NCBI GenBank assembly: GCA_964016885.1
Contig: OZ024742.1
Location: 166,904,001 to 166,968,000, forward strand
Length of the DNA stretch: 64,000 nt
Origin: Eledone cirrhosa
Lineage: Eukaryota
Reading direction: 5' to 3'
The notes beneath the pieces are model-generated. The model was not told the DNA's origin, did not search any database, and saw nothing but the letters and a program-made list of their open reading frames with translations. Every line of letters starts with the position of its first letter. Within the stretch, counting starts at the first letter, position 1. Made by a program: the position numbers and the translations under genes. Below, in pieces: positions 1 through 9,700 of this stretch.

Positions 1-233
1 GAGATAATTTGCAACCGTCCAAGGGGACATAATTTTCAGTCGTCCAAGGAGAGGTAATTTCTAGCCGTACAAGGGGAGATAATTTCCAGCCGTCCAAGGG
101 GATATAATTTCCAGCCGTCCAAGGGGAGATAATTTTTTTTTAAAAATCAGGCGGAGATAATTTGTAAAAAAAAAATCAGGGGGAGATAATTTGTAAAAAA
201 AAATCAGGGGGAGATAATTTGTAAAAAAAAATC

Positions 234-260
234 AGGGGGAGATAATTTGTAAAAAAAATC
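234..260 (+). repeat. Representative type B monomer AGGGGGAGATAATTTGTAAAAAAAATC (27 bp with A8; A-tract varies 7-10)
   Basis: Read directly; forms tandem runs of 1 to about 10 copies between A blocks. Confidence 0.97.
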
Positions 261-285
261 AAGGGGAGATAATTTCCAGCCGTCC
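261..285 (+). repeat. Representative type A monomer AAGGGGAGATAATTTCCAGCCGTCC (25 bp)
   Basis: Read directly; the same sequence recurs throughout. It has one CpG, and the junction to the next unit forms CCAAGG (StyI-type CCWWGG site). Confidence 0.97.
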
Positions 286-359
286 AAGGGAAGATAATTT
301 CCAGCCCTCCAAGGGGCTATAATTTCCAGCGTCCAAGGGGAGATAATTTCCAGCCAGCG
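261..359 (+). repeat. Module M2: four type A monomers (99 bp)
   Basis: Order is consensus, GGGAAG...CCCTCC, GGGGCTATAA...CAGCGTCC or CAGTGTCC (24 bp), CCAGCCAGCG. A TnAm junction monomer follows. Recurs at about 2040, 4230, 5405, 7618, 8765, 10553 and onward. Confidence 0.92.
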
Positions 360-438
360 AAGGGGAGATAATTGTTTTAAAAAAATCATTGGGAGATTTG
401 TAAAAAAAATCAGGGGGAGATAATTAATAAAAAAAATC

Positions 439-662
439 AAGGGGAGATAATTTCCAGCCGTCCAAGGGGAGGTAATATCTAGCCGTCCAAGGGGAGATAA
501 TTTCCAGCCGTCCAAGGGGAGATAATTTCCAGCCGTCCAAGGGTAGATAATATCCAGCCGTCCAAGGAGACATATTTTCCAGCCGTCCAAGGAGAGGTAA
601 TTTCTAGCCGTCCAAGGGGAGATAAATTCCAGCCTCCAAGGGGAGATAATTTCCAGCCAGCC
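439..662 (+). repeat. Module M1: nine type A monomers (224 bp) with fixed variant order
   Basis: Order is consensus, GGTAATATCTAG, consensus x2, GGGTAGATAATAT, GGAGACATATTTT (or GTAGACA), GGAGAGGTAATTTCTAG, TAAATTCCAGCCTCC (24 bp), CCAGCCAGCC. It recurs dozens of times and gives the repeated 61-aa 'MAGWKLSPLGGWNL' ORF (479, 3096, 3592, 6482, 6978, 9871 etc.). Confidence 0.93.
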
Positions 663-1589
663 AAGGGGAGATAATTTGTAAAAAAATCAGGGGGAGATAA
701 TTTGTAAAAAAAATCAGGGGTAGATAATTTGTAAAAAAAAATCAGGGGGAGATAATTTGTAAAAAAAAATCAGGGGGAGATAATTTGTAAAAAAAATCAA
801 GGGGAGATAATTTCCAGCCGTCCAAGGAGAGATAATTTAAAAAAAAAATCAGGCGGAGATAATTTGTAAAAAAAATCAGGGGTAGATAATTTGTAAAAAA
901 AAATCAGGGGGAGATAATTTGTAAAAAAAAATCAGGGGGAGATAATTTGTAAAAAAAATCAAGGGGAGATAATTTCCAGCCGTCCAAGGGGAGATAATTT
1001 CCAGCCGTCCAAGGGGAGATAATTTTTTTAAAAAAATCAGGCGGAGATAATTTGTAAAAAAAATCAGGGGGAGATAATTTGTAAAAAAAAATCAGGGGGA
1101 GATAATTTGTAAAAAAAAATCAGGGGGAGATAATTTCCAGCCGTCCAAGGTAAGATAATTTCCAGCCCTCCAAGGGGCTATAATTTCCAGCCGTCCAAGG
1201 GTAGATAATAGCCAGCCGTCCAAGTAGACATATTTTCCAGCCGTTCAAGGAGAGGTAATTTCTAGCCGTCCAAGGGGAGATAAATTCCAGCCTCCAAGGG
1301 GAGATAATTTCCAGCCAGCCAAGGGGAGATAATTTGTAAAAAAATCAGGGGGAGATAATTTGTAAAAAAAATCAGGGGGAGATAATTTGTAAAAAAAAAT
1401 CAGGGGGAGATAATTTGTAAAAAAAAATCAGGGGGAGATAATTTGTAAAAAAAAATCAGGGGGAGATAATTTGTAAAAAAAATCAAGGGGAGATAATTTC
1501 CAGCCGTCCAAGGGGAGATAATTTTCAGCCGTCCAAGGGGAGATAATTTCCAGCCGTCCAAGGGGAGATAATTTCCATCCTTCCAAGGG

Positions 1590-4500
1590 GAGATAATTTC
1601 CAGCCGTCCAAGGGGAGATAATTTTCAGCCGTCCAAGGGGAGATAATTTCCCGCCAGCCAAGGGAAGATAATATTTTAAAAAATCAGGCGGAGATAATTT
1701 GTAAAAAAAATCAGGGGGAGATAATTTGTAAAAAAATCAGGGGGAGATAATTTGTAAAAAAAAAATCAGGGGGAGATAATTTGTAAAAAAAATCAGGGGT
1801 AGATAATTTGTAAAAAAAATCAGGGGTAGATAATTTGTAAAAAAAAATCAGGGGGAGATAATTTGTAAAAAAAAAATCAGGGGGAGATAATTTGTAAAAA
1901 AAATCAAAGGGAGATAATTTCCAGCCGTCCAAGGAGAGAAAATTTTTAAAAAAAATCAGGCGGAGATAATTTGTAAAAAAAATCAAGGGGAGATAATTTG
2001 TAAAAAAAAATCAGGGGGAGATAATTTGTAAAAAAAATCAAGGGGAGATAATTTCCAGCCGTCCAAGGGAAGATAATTTCCAGCACTCCAAGGGGCTATA
2101 ATTTCCAGTGTCCAAGGGGAGATAATTTCCAGCCAGCGAAGGGGAGATAATTTTTTTTAAAAAATCAGGGGGAGATATGTAAAAAAAATCAGAGGGAGAT
2201 AATTTCTAAAAAAAATCAAAGGGAGATAATTTCCAGCCGTCCAAAGAGAGATAATTTCTAGCCGTCCAAGGGGAGATAATTTCCAGCCGTCCAAGGGGAG
2301 ATAATTATTTAAAAAATCAGGTGGAGATAATTTGTAAAAAAAATCAGGGGGAGATAATTTGTAAAAACAAAATCAAGGGCAGATAATTTCCAGCTGTCCA
2401 AGGGGAGATAATATCCAGCCGTGCAAGGGGAGATAATTTCCAGCCGTCCAAGGGGAGATAATTTCCATCCTTCCAAGGGGAGATAATGTCCAGCCGTCCA
2501 AGGGGAGATAATTTCCCGCCAGCCAAGGGAAGATAATTTTTAAAAAAATCAGGCGGAGATTGTAAAAAAAATCAGGGGGAGATAATTTGTAAAAAAATCA
2601 GGGGGAGATAATTTGTAAAAAAAATCAGGGGGAGATAATTTGTAAAAAAAAAATCAGGGGGAGATAATTTGTAAAAAAAATCAGGGGTAGATAATTTGTA
2701 AAAAAAAATCAGGGGGAGATAATTTGTAAAAAAAATCAGGGGGAGATAATTTGTAAAAAAATCAAGGGGAGATAATATGCAGCCGTCCAAGGGGAGATAA
2801 TTTTCAGCCGTCCAAGGAGAGGTAATTTCTAGCCGTCCAAGGGGAGATAATTTCCAGCCGTCCAAGGGGAGATAATTTCCAGCCGTCCAAGGGGAGATAG
2901 TTTTTTTAAAAAAATCAGGCGGAGATAATTTGTAAAAAAAAAATCAGGGGGAGATAATTTGTAAAAAAAAATCAGGGGGAGATAATTTGTAAAAGAAATT
3001 CAGGGGGAGATAATTTGTAAAAAAAATCAGGGGGAGATAATTAGTAAAAAAAATCAAGGGGAGATAATTTCCAGCCGTCCAAGGGGAGGTAATATCTAGC
3101 CGTCCACGGGGAGATAATTTCCAGCCGTCCAAGGGGAGATAATTTCCAGCCGTCCAAGGGGAGATAATATCCAGCCGTCCAAGTAGACATATTTTCCAGC
3201 CGTCCAAGGAGAGGTAATTTCTAGCCGTCCAAGGGGAGATAAATTCCAGCCTCCAAGGGGAGATAATTTCCAGCCAGCCAAGGGGAGATAATTTGTAAAA
3301 AAATCAGGGGGAGATAATTTGTAAAAAAAATCAGGGGGAGATAATTTGTAAAAAAAAATCAGGGGGAGATAATTTGTAAAAAAAAATCAGGGGGAGATAA
3401 TTTGTAAAAAAAATCAGGGGGAGATAATTTGTAAAAAAAAATCAGGGGGAGATAATTTGTAAAAAAAAATCAGGGGGAGATAATTTGTAAAAAAAAATCA
3501 GGGGGAGATAATTTGTAAAAAAAATCAAGGGGAGATAATTTCCAGCCGTCCAAGGGGAGATAATTTCCAGCCGTCCAAGGGGAGGTAATATCTAGCCGTC
3601 CAAGGGGAGATAATTTCCAGCCGTCCAAGAGGAGATAATTTCCAGCCGTCCAAGGGTAGATAATATCCAGCCGTCCAAGGAGACATATTTTCCAGCCGTC
3701 CAAGGAGAGGTAATTTCTAGCCGTCCAAGGGGAGATAAATTCCAGCCTCCAAGGGGAGATAATTTCCAGCCAGCCAAGGGGAGATAATTTGTAAAAAAAA
3801 TCAGGGGGAGATAATTTGTAAAAAAAATCAGGGGGAGATAATTTGTAAAAAAAATCAGGGGGAGATAATTTGTAAAAAAAATCAGGGGGAGATAATTTGT
3901 AAAAAAAAATCAAGGGGAGATAATTTCCAGCCGTCCAAGGGGAGATAATTTTCAGCCGCCCAAGGGGAGATAATTTCCCGCCAGCCAAGGGAAGATAATA
4001 TTTAAAAAATCAGGCGGAGATAATTTGTAAAAAAAATCAGGGGGAGATAATTTGTAAAAAAAATCAGGGGGAGATAATTTGTAAAAAAAAATCAGGGGGA
4101 GATAATTTGTAAAAAAAATCAGGGGGAGATGATTTGTAAAAAAAATCAGGGGTAGATAATTTGTAAAAAAAAATCAGGGGGAGATAATTTGTAAAAAAAA
4201 ATCAGGGGGAGATAATTTGTAAAAAAAATCAAGAGGAGATAATTTCCAGCCGTCGAAGGGAAGATAATTTCCAGCCCTCCAAGGGGCTATAATTTCCAGC
4301 GTCCAAGGGGAGATAATTTCCAGCCAGCGAAGGGGAGATAATTTTTTTTAAAAAATCATTGGGAGATTTGTTAAAAAAATCAGGGGGAGATAATTTGTAA
4401 AAAAAATCAAGGGGAGATAATTTCCAGCCGTCCAAGGGGAGGTAATATCTAGCCATCCAAGGGGAGATAATTTCCAGCCGTCCAAGGGGAGATAATTTCC

Positions 4501-7500
4501 AGCCGTCCAAGGGTAGATAATATCCAGCCGTCCAAGTAGACATTTTCCAGCCGTCCAAGGAGAGGTAATTTCTAGCCGTCCAAGGGGAGATAAATTCCAG
4601 CCTCCAAGGGGAGATAATTTCCAGCCAGCCAAGGGGAGATAATTTGTAAAAAAATCAGGGGGAGATAATTTGTAAAAAAAATCAGGGGGAGATAATTTGT
4701 AAAAAAAAATCAGGGGTAGATAATTTGTAAAAAAAAATCAGGGGGAGATAATTTGTAAAAAAAAATCAGGGGGAGATAATTTGTAAAAAAAATCAAGGGG
4801 AGATAATTTCCAGCCGTCCAAGGGGAGATAATTTTCAGCCGTCCAAGGGGAGATAATTTCCAGCCGTCCAAGGGGAGATAATTTCCATCCTTCCAAGGGG
4901 AGATAATTTGTAAAAAAAAATCAGGGGGAGATAATTTGTAAAAAAAATCAAGGGGAGATAATTTCCAGCCGTCCAAGGGGAGATAATTTTCAGCCGTCCA
5001 AGGGGAGATAATTTCCCGCCAGCCAAGGGAAGATAATATTTAAAAAAATCAGGCGGAGATAATTTGTAAAAAAAATCAGGGGGAGATAATTTGTAAAAAA
5101 ATCAGGGGGAGATAATTTGTAAAAAAAAAATCAGGGGGAGATAATTTGTAAAAAAAATCAGGGGTAGATAATTTGTAAAAAAAATCAGGGGTAGATAATT
5201 TGTAAAAAAAAATCAGGGGGAGATAATTTGTAAAAAAAAAATCAGGGGGAGATAATTTGTAAAAAAAATCAAAGGGAGATAATTTCCAGCCGTCCAAGGA
5301 GAGAAAATTTTAAAAAAAAATCAGGCGGAGATAATTTGTAAAAAAAATCAAGGGGAGATAATTTGTAAAAAAAAATCAGGGGGAGATAATTTGTAAAAAA
5401 AATCAAGGGGAGATAATTTCCAGCCGTCCAAGGGAAGATAATTTCCAGCACTCCAAGGGGCTATAATTTCCAGTGTCCAAGGGGAGATAATTTCCAGCCA
5501 GCGAAGGGGAGATAATTTTTTTTTAAAAATCAGGGGGAGATATGTAAAAAAAATCAGAGGGAGATAATTTCTAAAAAAAATCAAAGGGAGATAATTTCCA
5601 GCCGTCCAAAGAGAGATAATTTCTAGCCGTCCAAGGGGAGATAATTTCCAGCCAAGGGGAGATAATTTCCAGCCGTCCAAGGGGAGATAATTATTTAAAA
5701 AATCAGGTGGAGATAATTTGTAAAAAAAATCAGGGGGAGATAATTTGTAAAAACAAAATCAAGGGCAGATAATTTCCAGCTGTCCAAGGGGAGATAATAT
5801 CCAGCCGTGCAAGGGGAGATAATTTCCAGCCGTCCAAGGGGAGATAATTTCCATCCTTCCAAGGGGAGATAATGTCCAGCCGTCCAAGGGGAGATAATTT
5901 CCCGCCAGCCAAGGGAAGATAATTTTTAAAAAAATCAGGCGGAGATTGTAAAAAAAATCAGGGGGAGATAATTTGTAAAAAAATCAGGGGGAGATAATTT
6001 GTAAAAAAAATCAGGGGGAGATAATTTGTAAAAAAAAAATCAGGGGGAGATAATTTGTAAAAAAAATCAGGGGTAGATAATTTGTAAAAAAAAATCAGGG
6101 GGAGATAATTTGTAAAAAAAATCAGGGGGAGATAATTTGTAAAAAAATCAAGGGGAGATAATATGCAGCCGTCCAAGGGGAGATAATTTTCAGCCGTCCA
6201 AGGAGAGGTAATTTCTAGCCGTCCAAGGGGAGATAATTTCCAGCCGTCCAAGGGGAGATAATTTCCAGCCGTCCAAGGGGAGATAGTTTTTTTAAAAAAA
6301 TCAGGCGGAGATAATTTGTAAAAAAAAAATCAGGGGGAGATAATTTGTAAAAAAAAATCAGGGGGAGATAATTTGTAAAAGAAATTCAGGGGGAGATAAT
6401 TTGTAAAAAAAATCAGGGGGAGATAATTAGTAAAAAAAATCAAGGGGAGATAATTTCCAGCCGTCCAAGGGGAGGTAATATCTAGCCGTCCACGGGGAGA
6501 TAATTTCCAGCCGTCCAAGGGGAGATAATTTCCAGCCGTCCAAGGGGAGATAATATCCAGCCGTCCAAGTAGACATATTTTCCAGCCGTCCAAGGAGAGG
6601 TAATTTCTAGCCGTCCAAGGGGAGATAAATTCCAGCCTCCAAGGGGAGATAATTTCCAGCCAGCCAAGGGGAGATAATTTGTAAAAAAATCAGGGGGAGA
6701 TAATTTGTAAAAAAAATCAGGGGGAGATAATTTGTAAAAAAAAATCAGGGGGAGATAATTTGTAAAAAAAAATCAGGGGGAGATAATTTGTAAAAAAAAT
6801 CAGGGGGAGATAATTTGTAAAAAAAAATCAGGGGGAGATAATTTGTAAAAAAAAATCAGGGGGAGATAATTTGTAAAAAAAAATCAGGGGGAGATAATTT
6901 GTAAAAAAAATCAAGGGGAGATAATTTCCAGCCGTCCAAGGGGAGATAATTTCCAGCCGTCCAAGGGGAGGTAATATCTAGCCGTTCAAGGGGAGATAAT
7001 TTCCAGCCGTCCAAGAGGAGATAATTTCCAGCCGTCCAAGGGTAGATAATATCCAGCCGTCCAAGGAGACATATTTTCCAGCCGTCCAAGGAGAGGTAAT
7101 TTCTAGCCGTCCAAGGGGAGATAAATTCCAGCCTCCAAGGGGAGATAATTTCCAGCCAGCCAAGGGGAGATAATTTGTAAATAAAATCAGGGGGAGATAA
7201 TTTGTAAAAAAAATCAGGGGGAGATAATTTGTAAAAAAAAATCAGGGGGAGATAATTTGTAAAAAAAATCAGGGGGAGATAATTTGTAAAAAAAAATCAA
7301 GGGGAGATAATTTCCAGCCGTCCAAGGGGAGATAATTTTCAGCCGCCCAAGGGGAGATAATTTCCCGCCAGCCAAGGGAAGATAATATTTAAAAAATCAG
7401 GCGGAGATAATTTGTAAAAAAAATCAGGGGGAGATAATTTGTAAAAAAAATCAGGGGGAGATAATTTGTAAAAAAAAATCAGGGGGAGATAATTTGTAAA

Positions 7501-9700
7501 AAAAATCAGGGGGAGATGATTTGTAAAAAAAATCAGGGGTAGATAATTTGTAAAAAAAAATCAGGGGGAGATAATTTGTAAAAAAAAATCAGGGGGAGAT
7601 AATTTGTAAAAAAAATCAAGAGGAGATAATTTCCAGCCGTCGAAGGGAAGATAATTTCCAGCCCTCCAAGGGGCTATAATTTCCAGCGTCCAAGGGGAGA
7701 TAATTTCCAGCCAGCGAAGGGGAGATAATTTTTTTTAAAAAATCATTGGGAGATTTGTAAAAAAAATCAGGGGGAGATAATTTGTAAAAAAAATCAAGGG
7801 GAGATAATTTCCAGCCGTCCAAGGGGAGGTAATATCTAGCCATCCAAGGGGAGATAATTTCCAGCCGTCCAAGGGGAGATAATTTCCAGCCGTCCAAGGG
7901 TAGATAATATCCAGCCGTCCAAGTAGACATTTTCCAGCCGTCCAAGGAGAGGTAATTTCTAGCCGTCCAAGGGGAGATAAATTCCAGCCTCCAAGGGGAG
8001 ATAATTTCCAGCCAGCCAAGGGGAGATAATTTGTAAAAAAATCAGGGGGAGATAATTTGTAAAAAAAATCAGGGGGAGATAATTTGTAAAAAAAAATCAG
8101 GGGTAGATAATTTGTAAAAAAAAATCAGGGGGAGATAATTTGTAAAAAAAAATCAGGGGGAGATAATTTGTAAAAAAAATCAAGGGGAGATAATTTCCAG
8201 CCGTCCAAGGGGAGATAATTTTCAGCCGTCCAAGGGGAGATAATTTGCAGCCGTCCAAGGGGAGATAATTTCCATCCTTCCAAGGGGAGATAATTTGTAA
8301 AAAAAAATCAGGGGGAGATAATTTGTAAAAAAAATCAAGGGGAGATAATTTCCAGCCGTCCAAGGGGAGATAATTTTCAGCCGTCCAAGGGGAGATAATT
8401 TCCCGCCAGCCAAGGGAAGATAATATTTAAAAAAATCAGGCGGAGATAATTTGTAAAAAAAATCAGGGGGAGATAATTTGTAAAAAAATCAGGGGGAGAT
8501 AATTTGTAAAAAAAAAATCAGGGGGAGATAATTTGTAAAAAAAATCAGGGCTAGATAATTTGTAAAAAAAAATCAGGGGTAGATAATTTGTAAAAGAAAA
8601 TCAGGGGGAGATAATTTGTAAAAAAAATCAAGGGGAGATAATTTCCAGCCGTCCAAGGAGAGATAATTTTAAAAAAAAATCAGGCGGAGATAATTTGTAA
8701 AAAAAAATCAAGGGGAGATAATTTGTAAAAAAAATCAGGGGGAGATAATTTGTAAAAAAAAATCAAGGGGAGATAATTTCCAGCCGTCCAAGGGAAGATA
8801 ATTTCCAGCACTCCAAGGGGCTATAATTTCCAGTGTCCAAGGGGAGATAATTTCCAGCCAGCGAAGGGGAGATAATTTTTTTAAAAAAATCAGGGGGAGA
8901 TATGTAAAAAAAATCAGAGGGAGATAATTTCTAAAAAAAATCAAAGGGAGATAATTTCCAGCCGTCCAAAGAGAGATAATTTCTAGCCGTCCAAGGGGAG
9001 ATAATTTCCAGCCAAGAGGATATAATTTCCAGCCGTCCAAGGGGAGATAATTTTTTAAAAAATCAGGTGGAGATAATTTGTAAAAAAAATCAGGGGGAGA
9101 TAATTTGTAAAAACAAAATCAAGGGCAGATAATTTCCAGCTGTCCAAGGGGAGATAATTTCCAGCCGTCCAAGGGGAGATAATTTCCATCCTTCCAAGGG
9201 GAGATAATCTCCAGCCGTCCAAGGGGAGATAATTTCCCGCCAGCCAAGGGAAGATAATTTTTAAAAAAATCAGGCGGAGATTGTAAAAAAAATCAGGGGG
9301 AGATAATTTGTAAAAAAATCAGGGGGAGATAATTTGTAAAAAAAAAATCAGGGGAGATAATTTGTAAAAAAAAATCAGGGGGAGATAATTTGTAAAAAAA
9401 AAATCAGGGGGAGATAATTTGTAAAAAAAATCAGGGGTAGATAATTTGTAAAAAAAAATCAGGGGGAGATAATTTGTAAAAAAAAATCAGGGGGAGATAA
9501 TTTGTAAAAAAATCAAGGGGAGATAATATGCAGCCGTCCAAGGGGAGATAATATGCAGCCGTCCAAGGGGAGATAATTTTCAGCCGTCCAAGGAGAGGTA
9601 ATTTCTAGCCGTCCAAGGGGAGATAATTTCCAGCCGTCCAAGGGGAGATAATTTCCAGCCGTCCAATGGGAGATAGTTTTTTAAAAAAAATCAGGCGGAG
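1590..9700 (+). repeat. ~3.39 kb higher-order tandem repeat, about 2.4 copies
   Basis: Identical or near-identical ORFs at offsets 3386-3387 (2344/5730, 2572/5958, 2944/6330, 4229/7616, 4710/8097, 5348/8735). Shared rare variants include CCACGGGG, AAAAGAAATTC and GATGATTTG. Confidence 0.9.
2375..2524 (+). repeat. Module M3: six type A monomers (150 bp)
   Basis: Preceded by AAAAACAAAA. Order is GGGCAG...CAGCTGTCC, CCGTGC, consensus, CCATCCTTCC, near-consensus, CCCGCCAGCC. Matches the repeated 60-aa ORF at 2344, 5730, 19725, 20957, 21756, 24002, 25258, 33723, 43086 etc. Confidence 0.92.

Noticed and set aside
1022-1037. TnAm palindromes as intrinsic terminators or transposon ends
   Set aside because: There is no GC stem, no upstream gene and no target-site duplication. 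They are variant type B monomers lacking the G.
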